Below, piece after piece: positions 24,664-32,000 of a stretch of DNA of 32,000 nucleotides. A program made the translations under genes and the position numbers. The stretch's first letter is position 1. Each line of letters opens with the position of its first letter. The notes beneath the pieces were generated by a model. The model was not told the origin of the DNA, ran no database searches, and was given only the letters and a program-made list of their open reading frames with translations. The DNA comes from Clostridia bacterium (GTDB taxonomy: Bacteria; Bacillota; Clostridia; TANB77; RGIG9151): contig JAGBIO010000011.1 in assembly GCA_017934955.1 (NCBI GenBank), positions 1-32,000 on the forward strand, read 5' to 3'.

Positions 24664-24741
24664 TATAATAGGAAATGTCATTTCCTATTATATAAAAACG
24701 CTCCGCAAGGAAGCACACTCGCACGTGCAGAATGGGTATGT
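24658..24741 (+). repeat. X-family repeat, 5' portion only (copy X3), preceded by a 41-nt perfect palindrome and abutted by a type A hairpin
   Basis: TATAAAAACGCTCCGCAAGGAAGCACACTCGCACGTG matches the first blocks of X1. The palindrome TTTTTATATAATAGGAAATG-T-CATTTCCTATTATATAAAAA spans 24658-24698. Homology is lost before the REP-like hairpin at 24742. Confidence 0.6.
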
Positions 24742-24761
24742 GGACAGCATGAATGCTGTCC
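24742..24761. repeat. REP-like palindrome, type A (rplT-mazG gap)
   Basis: GGACAGCATGAATGCTGTCC followed by GTAC. Confidence 0.95.
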
Positions 24762-24794
24762 GTACGTTAAGAGTAAAAGTAAGGAGGTTAAAAT

Positions 24795-25595
24795 ATGGAT
24801 TTGCATAAGGAAAGATACAGCTTTGAGGATTTTAAGGAAATTATTAAAATTTTGCGTTCGGAGAACGGATGTCCTTGGGATAAAGAGCAGACTCATAGCA
24901 GTTTGCGGAAAAATTTGATTGAAGAGTCGTATGAATTTATTCATGAGGTGGATACCGATTCAAAAGCGGGGATGTGTGAAGAACTTGGAGATGTCTTGTT
25001 GCAAGTGGTGATGCATGCCCAAATTGCTTCGGAAACGGGAGATTTTACAATGGAAGATGTGATTGATGGAATTGCGAAAAAAATGTTATTTCGCCATCCG
25101 CATGTTTTCGGGGAGAAGAAAGCGAATAATGCTGAGGAAGCGCTAGAGAGTTTTAAAGCGCAGAAGAGTAAAGAGAAAAAATATAAGAATGTGGGAGACT
25201 CATTGGAGAAAATTCCGGGAGATTTACCGGCGTTGATTAAAGTTTATAAGTTGGCTTCTCAGCTTCGTAAAATGCAGCCGGAAGTATTTAAGAGTGATGT
25301 GAATGAGTGGTTTGATAAGTTATATGCGACACTTCATGAGTTGGAGGATATGCAGGTTTTTGCGAGTGAATCGGAATTGGAAGATAAGATTGGTGAAGTT
25401 TTCGGAATCTTAGTGATGATTGGAAATATTATGGGAGTAGATTCAGAGGTTTCGGCGAATAAAGAGTTTGAGAGTACGAAAAAGCGTATTGAAAGAATTG
25501 AGGAAAAAATGCTGAAAGAGGGAGAGAAAATCGCGGAGTTATCTCCTGAAACCTTTGAAGAATACTGGGAAAAAACAAAAAATGTAGAAAAATAA
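24795..25595 (+). CDS. mazG: nucleoside triphosphate pyrophosphohydrolase MazG
   Basis: CPWDKEQTHSSLRKNLIEESYEFIHEV...ELGDVLLQVVMHA...RHPHVF is the MazG tandem-domain pattern. AAGGAGG RBS at 24781-24787. Confidence 0.8.
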   Translation: MDLHKERYSFEDFKEIIKILRSENGCPWDKEQTHSSLRKNLIEESYEFIHEVDTDSKAGMCEELGDVLLQVVMHAQIASETGDFTMEDVIDGIAKKMLFRHPHVFGEKKANNAEEALESFKAQKSKEKKYKNVGDSLEKIPGDLPALIKVYKLASQLRKMQPEVFKSDVNEWFDKLYATLHELEDMQVFASESELEDKIGEVFGILVMIGNIMGVDSEVSANKEFESTKKRIERIEEKMLKEGEKIAELSPETFEEYWEKTKNVEK

Positions 25596-25703
25596 ACATT
25601 TTTTTGAAAAAAAGAAGGAGTTTAGCGATGTAGGGCGAATATTACCAAGGAAAGTTCATTGGTTCAGATTACCAATGGCAAAATTTTATAGGAGGAATGA
25701 AAG

Positions 25704-25976
25704 ATGAACAAAGCAGATTTAGTTTCTATGATCGCTGCAAAAAGCAATTTAACAAAGAAGGATTCCGAAAGTGCATTAAACGCATTTGTTGAAACAGTAC
25801 AAAGCGCACTTAAAAAGGGAGAAAAGATTCAATTAGTTGGATTTGGTACATTTGAAGTGCGTAACAGAGCTGCAAGAAGCGGTATTAACCCAAGAACAAA
25901 ACAAGCTATCAAGATTCCTGCATCTAAGGCTCCTGTATTCAAAGCCGGAAAAGCATTAAAAGATTCTTGCAAATAA
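25704..25976 (+). CDS. hup: DNA-binding protein HU
   Basis: MNKADLVSMIA...GFGTFEVRNRAARSGINPRTKQAIKIPASKAPVFKAGKALKD matches the HU family throughout. Confidence 0.9.
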   Translation: MNKADLVSMIAAKSNLTKKDSESALNAFVETVQSALKKGEKIQLVGFGTFEVRNRAARSGINPRTKQAIKIPASKAPVFKAGKALKDSCK

Positions 25977-26004
25977 TTAAGAGTATTACAGAAAATAATA
26001 CATG

Positions 26005-26038
26005 AAAAAAACAGATGCCGAAAAGCATCTGTTTTTTT
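26005..26038. terminator. bidirectional intrinsic terminator between convergent hup and the CBM25-like gene
   Basis: AAAAAAA-ACAGATGC-CGAAAA-GCATCTGT-TTTTTTT. The A-run and T-run allow it to function on both strands. Confidence 0.8.
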
Positions 26039-26044
26039 CATGTA

Positions 26045-26416
26045 TTATTCATTACAATATACGTAATTATTTCCGTTATTATTATCCCAATTATTGCATG
26101 TATCTTTGAAGCAAAGATTTAATGAAGAATAATCTGCTGTGATGGTTGCTGTGAATCCTGATTTTGTTTTTGACATTTTTACGTCGTTTACGTTGTCCCA
26201 ATTATCTCCCCAGCCAATATGAGCATAAATTTCATCAGCTCCGGCTTGTGAAAGTAAACCGTTGTAAGTTACTTTAATTTTGTCGCCGTAGGAAAAAGAT
26301 GTAGGGCTTACTGTGATTCCGTTGCTCTTGTAAGGGTTTGCAGCTACCGAATTTGTTTTAACGGAGCTTGTCTTTGTTGAGCGAGCGGATGTTGTAGTGG
26401 TTTTCTTTAATGGCAT
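26045..26416 (-). CDS. small single-domain protein resembling a CBM25-type starch/glycogen-binding module
   Basis: VTYNG...IYAHIGWG..W..V.DVKM......F.ATI......LNLCFKD...NWDNNNGNNY matches the CBM25/CBM53 consensus ending in WDNNxGxNY (from memory). The S/T/K-rich N-terminus has no signal peptide. GGAG RBS. It shares a bidirectional terminator with hup. Confidence 0.55.
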   Translation of the reverse strand: MPLKKTTTTSARSTKTSSVKTNSVAANPYKSNGITVSPTSFSYGDKIKVTYNGLLSQAGADEIYAHIGWGDNWDNVNDVKMSKTKSGFTATITADYSSLNLCFKDTCNNWDNNNGNNYVYCNE

Positions 26417-26737
26417 CTATAACACTCCTTTCGAAAAATACTTAAATACATCTTATTTTCTTTTTTTAATTTTTTTTATGCAACACTTATTTTTGACAAA
26501 TTCAAGAAATTATATTCTGTTTGCTTCCGAAAACTTTGAATTTCTTTAAAAAGCTATTAGTTAAGTCGCTTTTTGCTGAAATAAGATAGAATAAGTATGT
26601 AGAAAAGCAGTATTATGCGAAAAAAGATGTCGGAAAAAATAATAAAGGATAAATTAAAGTTGTGTTACAAATTTTTGAAAAAGATGGACAAGGTAGAAAA
26701 AAAACGGTACAATAAGGAAGGAATAGGAGGGATACGA

Positions 26738-27667
26738 ATGAAAAAATTATTTTTGCTGATTTTTTGTTTTTTAATGATAAATATATCTTATGCGGAAGCA
26801 GTAAATTATATACAGTCGATTGATGTTATTTCGGGAAACGGTACAAGCACTGTAATAAAAACGTCCGCTCCGATTCAGTATAAAGTTGGAAAATTAACAG
26901 CGAATCAAAAATTGTATTTTGATTTTCAAGATACTATTTTGCGAGAAAAGAAGTCGATTCCTGTTGGGAAAAATAATATTATTTCGGTAAGAGCGGCACA
27001 AAATATGACAAAACCTTCGTATGTGACTCGTGTGGTTTTTGATATGACCGAGTTAACGGACTATACGGCAGTATTATCGGAGGATAAACAAACCTTAACG
27101 ATATCGCTTGGGTCCGGAGAAGAGATTGTGAAGAAAAAGATTGTTCTGGATCCGGGACATGGCGGAAGTGATCCGGGGGCGGTTGTATCGGATTTGAGTG
27201 AAAAACATTTGAATTTGGATATTGCAACGAGATTACAAACCTTATTGGAAGCAGATGGACGTTTTGAGGTTATTATGACAAGAACTTCGGATGTGTTTGT
27301 GGCTTTATTGGAAAGAGCAGAAATTGCAAATAAAAATAAAGCAGATTTGTTTGTTTGTATTCATAACAATTCTATGCCGACCGGCTTTAAGGGTGTTATG
27401 ACGTTATATAACGATACAAAATTAGCATCAAATAAAGAGTTGGCAAATATTTTTCAAGAAAAATTGGAAAAGAAGTTAAATATGGGAAGTATTGGTACAA
27501 GATTGAGAACGGATTTGGTAGTATTGAAAAATATTGAAGTGCCGGGGATTTTAGTAGAGGTTGCATGTATGACAAACTTGATGGAAAGGCGTGCACTTAG
27601 AACAGAGACGTTCCGTCAAAATGCGGCGCAAGCAATTTATGATTCGATTGTAACGGCGACATTGTGA
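26738..27667 (+). CDS. N-acetylmuramoyl-L-alanine amidase (Amidase_3 family) with signal peptide and N-terminal AMIN-like domain
   Basis: LDPGHGGSDPGA, ADLFVCIHNNS and LVEVACMTN are Amidase_3 motifs. The start was moved to ATG 26738 (MKKLFLLIFCFLMINISYAEA), 6 nt after AGGAGGG. The track's 26615 start adds a Lys-rich extension with no RBS. Confidence 0.8.
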   Translation: MKKLFLLIFCFLMINISYAEAVNYIQSIDVISGNGTSTVIKTSAPIQYKVGKLTANQKLYFDFQDTILREKKSIPVGKNNIISVRAAQNMTKPSYVTRVVFDMTELTDYTAVLSEDKQTLTISLGSGEEIVKKKIVLDPGHGGSDPGAVVSDLSEKHLNLDIATRLQTLLEADGRFEVIMTRTSDVFVALLERAEIANKNKADLFVCIHNNSMPTGFKGVMTLYNDTKLASNKELANIFQEKLEKKLNMGSIGTRLRTDLVVLKNIEVPGILVEVACMTNLMERRALRTETFRQNAAQAIYDSIVTATL

Positions 27668-27704
27668 TTTTTGTAATAAGAAGGCTTGTTTTGAATAGAA
27701 TGAA

Positions 27705-27729
27705 ATAGAGCGTAGTTGCTCTATTTTTT
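27705..27729 (+). terminator. intrinsic terminator after the amidase gene
   Basis: ATAGAGC-GTAGTT-GCTCTAT followed by TTTTT. Confidence 0.65.
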
Positions 27730-27749
27730 CTTGTTTACGGAGTTTATTT

Positions 27750-28790
27750 ATGAAGAAGATCGGTCTTTTTGCTTTCTTATTTTTTATGCTTTTAGTGTTT
27801 CATTTTTTTGCTAAGGTTGCTTTTCAGAATGTGACGGTTGCAAAATTGATTCTTTCGGATGGGATTCCGTTGATAAAAATAGCGATGAATGAGACGGGAA
27901 ATTTTACTATGCTTTCTTATGTGGATTTGATTAAAAATCGTTTTGCGAGTGAAGATATTTTTATTGAATTGCCGGAAGATTCGGTGGAATTGATTCCGGA
28001 GGAAGTGAAACAGGAAGATATTGTGAAGGAAATGGAAGAGGAGGATAATCATACAAAATCGGTTACGATGGATTGGTCGAGAGTTCTGAAGAATGAAACA
28101 AAGTATGCTGTTAATGCGGAAGATTTGGTAAACAAAAAGTTGAGTTTCAGTTTGACAAAATTTGACGTGAATGTTTTGATTTATCATACGCATACGACGG
28201 AAAGCTATACGCAAAGCAAAGATTATAAGTATGTTGCTTCGGGAGATTTTCGAACGTTGGAGCTGAATGCGAATATGAGCAGAGTTGGGGCGTACTTAGC
28301 GGAGTTGCTGGAGGCGAAAGGGATAAAGACTTATCATGACAAAACGGTTTATGACAGTCCTTCTTATAATCTTTCTTACAGCAAGGCGGGTAAAGCGATT
28401 ACTGCCTTAAAAAAGAAATATCCCAAAGCTTCCGTCGTGTTGGATGTCCATCGAGATGCAATTGGGACGGCGGAGGAAATTTATCGTCCGATTGTGAATA
28501 TTGACGGACGGGATGTGGCGCAGATTCTTTTGGTGGTTGGAACGAATCAAGGAGGATTGACACATAACAATTGGCGGGAAAATTTGAAGTTTGCGCTCAA
28601 ACTTCAGAAAGTAGCGAATGAAGAATATCCGGGATTTTGCCGATATGTGGATTTGAGGAAGGAACGATTTAATCAACATGTTGCACCGGGCGCTGTGATT
28701 GTGGAAATGGGTGCGACAGGAAATACGATGGAAGAGGCTTTGGCGGCAGCAGAGTTGTTTGCAAATGTTTTGGAGAAAGTGATGAAATAG
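27750..28790 (+). CDS. spoIIP: stage II sporulation protein P
   Basis: N-terminal TM segment, then VLIYHTHTTESY...VLDVHRDA...NQHVAPGAVIVEMG, which are characteristic SpoIIP motifs. Confidence 0.8.
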   Translation: MKKIGLFAFLFFMLLVFHFFAKVAFQNVTVAKLILSDGIPLIKIAMNETGNFTMLSYVDLIKNRFASEDIFIELPEDSVELIPEEVKQEDIVKEMEEEDNHTKSVTMDWSRVLKNETKYAVNAEDLVNKKLSFSLTKFDVNVLIYHTHTTESYTQSKDYKYVASGDFRTLELNANMSRVGAYLAELLEAKGIKTYHDKTVYDSPSYNLSYSKAGKAITALKKKYPKASVVLDVHRDAIGTAEEIYRPIVNIDGRDVAQILLVVGTNQGGLTHNNWRENLKFALKLQKVANEEYPGFCRYVDLRKERFNQHVAPGAVIVEMGATGNTMEEALAAAELFANVLEKVMK

Positions 28791-28800
28791 AGAGGAAGGA

Positions 28801-29523
28801 ATGAATATGGCAAGGAGATTTATAGTAGAGGGAAATCCGGAGGGAAGGTTTACGATAGCGGAGAAAGAGGCGCGACATATTTTTGTTTTACGTCATAAGG
28901 TTGGAGATGTGATTCAGGTAAATAATAAACTGTGTGAAATTATTGCAATGCAAAAAGATGAGGTTATTTGCGATGTTGTCGGAGAGGCGGAAATAAGAGG
29001 TGTTCCGGATACAAAAATCACTTTATTTCAAGCACTTTTGAAAGCGGATAAAATGGAGTTTGTGATTCAAAAAGCAGTTGAATTGGGAGTAACTTCAGTT
29101 GTCCCTTTTGTCAGTAAAAACGTGGTGGTGAAATTAGAGGGTAAGGATAAAGCGAAGAAATCAGAACGTTGGAATAAAATTAGCGTGGAGGCGTCGAAAC
29201 AGTGCGGTCGAAGCGATATTGTTCCGGTTTCGGAAATTTTGAGTTTTGAGGAAATGCTAACGACGTTTCAGGAGTATGATTTGGTGTTGTTTGCTTATGA
29301 GAATGAGAAAGAATCGTTAAAGGAAGTATTGCAGGGTCGGGGAAAGGGAAAGAGAATTGCTGTTGTGATTGGTGCAGAAGGTGGATTTGATGCTACTGAG
29401 GCAGAGCGTGTGATGAAAGCAGGAGAGAATGTAAAGTCGGTGAGTTTGGGTGACCGAATTTTACGTGCTGAGACAGCGAGTTTGTTTTTGTTGTCGGTGT
29501 TGATGTATGAGTGTGAGGAGTAG
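28801..29523 (+). CDS. rsmE: 16S rRNA (uracil1498-N3)-methyltransferase RsmE
   Basis: ARRFIVEG N-terminus, QALLKADKMEFVIQKAVELGV, IGAEGGF, and LGDRILRAETA. ATG 28807 is an equally good start. Confidence 0.8.
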   Translation: MNMARRFIVEGNPEGRFTIAEKEARHIFVLRHKVGDVIQVNNKLCEIIAMQKDEVICDVVGEAEIRGVPDTKITLFQALLKADKMEFVIQKAVELGVTSVVPFVSKNVVVKLEGKDKAKKSERWNKISVEASKQCGRSDIVPVSEILSFEEMLTTFQEYDLVLFAYENEKESLKEVLQGRGKGKRIAVVIGAEGGFDATEAERVMKAGENVKSVSLGDRILRAETASLFLLSVLMYECEE

Positions 29524-29539
29524 GGCTTGTTTTGCATTG

Positions 29540-29769
29540 GTTTATTCATACTTAAATTTATAAAAATGGTTGTACAAACCGCTTTCTGCTGTTATTTTTG
29601 TAGGGACACAATTCATTGTGTCCTAATTCTAATAGCAGGCTATTCCGTGGAAAGTCATTTGTAGGGACAGCATTCATGCTGTCCTACATTCCGCATTTTC
29701 TGTGGACAGCATAAATGCTGTCCCTACAGTGTTTATACCATTTTTATAGCTTTAAGCCTGACTTGTAAC
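29540..29769. mobile_element. Non-coding composite element with terminal inverted repeats (MITE-like), copy E2
   Basis: The 25-nt ends at 29546-29570 (TCATACTTAAATTTATAAAAATGGT) and 29737-29761 (ACCATTTTTATAGCTTTAAGCCTGA) are reverse complements at 21 of 25 positions. The interior consists only of three REP-like hairpins plus spacers. There is no ORF. Confidence 0.7.
29600..29727. repeat. REP-like palindromes (rsmE-PilZ gap)
   Basis: Type B at 29604-29623 (GTAG+). An A-A doublet at 29661-29727 (hairpins 29665-29684 and 29704-29723). Its spacer is the reverse complement of the spacer used at 12725-12745 and 22952-22971. Confidence 0.95.
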
Positions 29770-29797
29770 GACCCTCATGCGAAATCGCTTGCTTAGG

Positions 29798-29826
29798 TTG
29801 ACAATAAAAGGGAATATCGGTATAAT
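29798..29826 (+). promoter_or_regulatory. consensus sigma-A promoter for the PilZ-queA unit
   Basis: TTGACA (29798-29803), exactly 17 nt, then TATAAT (29821-29826). It lies just outside the right end of element E2. Confidence 0.7.
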
Positions 29827-29847
29827 AGAAAACGGAGTGTGAATGGG

Positions 29848-30501
29848 ATGGGAAACATAAAGTTAAGGGATTTTTTGGATGTGCAAAGTACGGTAAAAAC
29901 GGGGCTTCCGAAGTCTACAGATTGCATTTTGAATACGGTTACTGCGATTTATGAGGAACGGGGTGAGGTTGAGATTAAGTTTGATGAACGTTATGTTGCG
30001 GCTCTTACGATGGTGGGAGATGATTTGCGTGTAACGAAAACATTGGATGGATATGAATATGTGATGGATACGACGATTATTAAGATTCAAATTGAGCCGA
30101 CGAAGAGTATGGTTTTGAAAGTGCATTCGATTAATCGGTATACGAATTTGAGAAAGGATGAAAGATATTCGGTTAATTATGCGGTGACGATTCAGAGTTT
30201 TTCGGAGGAAGATGGAATTTTTGGAGTGGTTGTGAATATCAGCGTTTCGGGACTTGCCTTTGTTTGTCGGCATAATTTTATTGTAGGGGAAACCGTTCGT
30301 TTGTCGATTCTGCTTCCTGCCAGCACGTTTACGATCGATGGCGAGATTGTGCGAGTGACGGATTCTACAAAGGGAAACGAGTATGGTGTGAAGTTTTTAC
30401 GTGAAGATGAGGATGCGATTCGCGACGTAAAAGAGTTGATTGAAAATATTAAGGAGAGAGAGGACAGGCTTTCACGTATTGTGGGCTATCATATATTGTA
30501 A
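29848..30501 (+). CDS. PilZ-domain c-di-GMP receptor, two-domain YcgR/MotI-like architecture
   Basis: RxxxR (LRKDERY) followed by the N-x-S-x-x-G motif ([10 protein letters not shown]) in the C-terminal half. A ~100-aa N-terminal beta-rich domain precedes it. ATG 29848 is preferred over the track's GTG 29839 (GGAG at 29834-29837). A consensus promoter lies at 29798-29826. Confidence 0.7.
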   Translation: MGNIKLRDFLDVQSTVKTGLPKSTDCILNTVTAIYEERGEVEIKFDERYVAALTMVGDDLRVTKTLDGYEYVMDTTIIKIQIEPTKSMVLKVHSINRYTNLRKDERYSVNYAVTIQSFSEEDGIFGVVVNISVSGLAFVCRHNFIVGETVRLSILLPASTFTIDGEIVRVTDSTKGNEYGVKFLREDEDAIRDVKELIENIKEREDRLSRIVGYHIL

Positions 30502-31535
30502 TGGATAAGATGAAATTAAGTGATTATTATTATGATTTACCGGAGGAGCTGATTGCGCAGGATCCGCTAAAAAAGCGGGATGAGTCGCGGTTGATGGTTT
30601 TAAATCGCGGGGAAAAATCCATAACGCATGAGACTTTTCGGAATGTGATTGATTTTTTGAGACCGGAGGATTGCTTGGTTATTAATAATACAAGAGTAAT
30701 TCCGGCACGGTTGCTTGGGCAAAAAGAAGTGACCGGTGGAAAGATTGAAATATTTTTATTAAAGAATTTAGGAAACGATACTTGGGAAGTTTTGACGAAG
30801 CCGGGAAGAAAAGCGATTCCGGGAGCTTCTTTTGTGTTTGGAGACGGTTTATTGAAGGCGACGGTATTGGAGGTTCACGAGGATGGAAATCGTGTGGTGA
30901 AGTTTCAATATGACGGTGTGTTTGAGGCAGTTTTAGATAAAGTGGGGACGGTGCCGTTACCGCCGTACATTCATCATAAATTAGAGGATGCGGAGCGCTA
31001 TCAGACGGTGTATTCGAAGTGGAACGGTTCTTCTGCAGCGCCGACGGCGGGATTGCATTTTACGCCGGATTTGTTGGAGGCGATTCGTCAAAAAGGTGTT
31101 TCGATTGCGGAGTTGACGCTTCATGTTGGTTTGGGAACTTTTCGTCCGGTAAAGGAAGAGAACATTTTGGATCACAAGATGCATTCGGAGTATTATAAAA
31201 TTACTGAAGAGGCTTGTCATAAGATTAATGAGGCGAAGAAGAAGGGCGGCAGAGTGATTGCGGTTGGAACAACGTCCTGCCGAGTTTTAGAGAGTGTGGC
31301 GAAGGAAACCGGAGAGATTTTCCCGGAGGAAGGAAATACTGAAATCTTTATTTATCCGGGTTACCGATTTAAGATTTTAGATGGTTTGATTACGAATTTT
31401 CATTTGCCGGAATCGACTTTAATTATGTTGGTTTCTGCATTCGCCGGTTATGATTTTACAATGGAAGCGTATAAAAAGGCAGTGGAAGAGAGATATCGAT
31501 TTTTTAGTTTTGGGGATGCGATGCTGATTCTGTAA
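30501..31535 (+). CDS. queA: tRNA preQ1(34) S-adenosylmethionine ribosyltransferase-isomerase
   Basis: [18 protein letters not shown]...[10 protein letters not shown]...PLPPYI...YQTVY...[11 protein letters not shown]...HVGLGTF...VGTTSCR are QueA motifs. The ATG overlaps the PilZ stop (TAATG, 30499-30503). Confidence 0.9.
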   Translation: MDKMKLSDYYYDLPEELIAQDPLKKRDESRLMVLNRGEKSITHETFRNVIDFLRPEDCLVINNTRVIPARLLGQKEVTGGKIEIFLLKNLGNDTWEVLTKPGRKAIPGASFVFGDGLLKATVLEVHEDGNRVVKFQYDGVFEAVLDKVGTVPLPPYIHHKLEDAERYQTVYSKWNGSSAAPTAGLHFTPDLLEAIRQKGVSIAELTLHVGLGTFRPVKEENILDHKMHSEYYKITEEACHKINEAKKKGGRVIAVGTTSCRVLESVAKETGEIFPEEGNTEIFIYPGYRFKILDGLITNFHLPESTLIMLVSAFAGYDFTMEAYKKAVEERYRFFSFGDAMLIL

Positions 31536-31614
31536 AGAAAGAATAAAGAAAAAAAATGGAAGTTTTTCGGCAAGCCGAAAAACAACAAAAAATTAGAAAA
31601 AGAGCACAAACACT

Positions 31615-32000
<386 letters not shown>

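Noticed and set aside
26417-26737. Sporulation-sigma promoters (sigE/sigK-like) might lie in the AT-rich divergent region between the CBM25-like gene and the amidase.
   Set aside because: Several weak CATA..TA-like matches exist, but in sequence this AT-rich they are not distinguishable from chance without a scoring matrix or expression data.
31562-31583. The hairpin GTTTTTCGGC-AA-GCCGAAAAAC after queA might be a terminator.
   Set aside because: No U-tract follows it on the + strand (AACAAAAAATT follows). The T-run lies on the opposite strand, where there is no gene to terminate. queA-tgt are normally co-transcribed. I left it unannotated.

Overview
This is a low-GC Firmicute (Clostridia-like, flagellated, spore-forming) housekeeping region. 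It holds 35 supportable CDS, almost all on the + strand. In order: the tail of a flagellar hook operon (fliK-flgD-flgE), ylbJ(-), relA-dtd, an MBL hydrolase, spoIID, a PHP phosphatase, murB-rapZ, gdpP-rplI-dnaB, tilS-hpt-ftsH, acpS, rpsU-yqeY, infC-rpmI-rplT behind an L20-leader-like attenuator, mazG, hup, a CBM25-like orphan(-), an amidase, spoIIP, rsmE, and a PilZ gene overlapping queA by one nt, then tgt. No rRNA, tRNA, CRISPR array or transposase gene was seen. The unusual content is non-coding. (1) About 30 copies of a 20-nt perfect palindrome occur in two stem variants that differ by compensatory changes (GGACAGCAT..ATGCTGTCC and GGACACAAT..ATTGTGTCC). They usually carry a GTAG/GTAC or CTAC flank, often form inverted doublets, and sit in 13 intergenic gaps. 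This matches REP/REPIN architecture, but no RAYT-type gene is in the window. (2) Some hairpins lie inside larger 90-260 bp units with terminal inverted repeats and a conserved ~60-nt arm (five copies, MITE-like), and the modules are rearranged between copies. (3) A second, unrelated ~110-nt repeat occurs in three copies. It ends in an intrinsic-terminator hairpin, and one copy abuts the ftsH ribosome-binding site. Several ORF-track start sites are false N-terminal extensions read through the repeats, and I corrected them.
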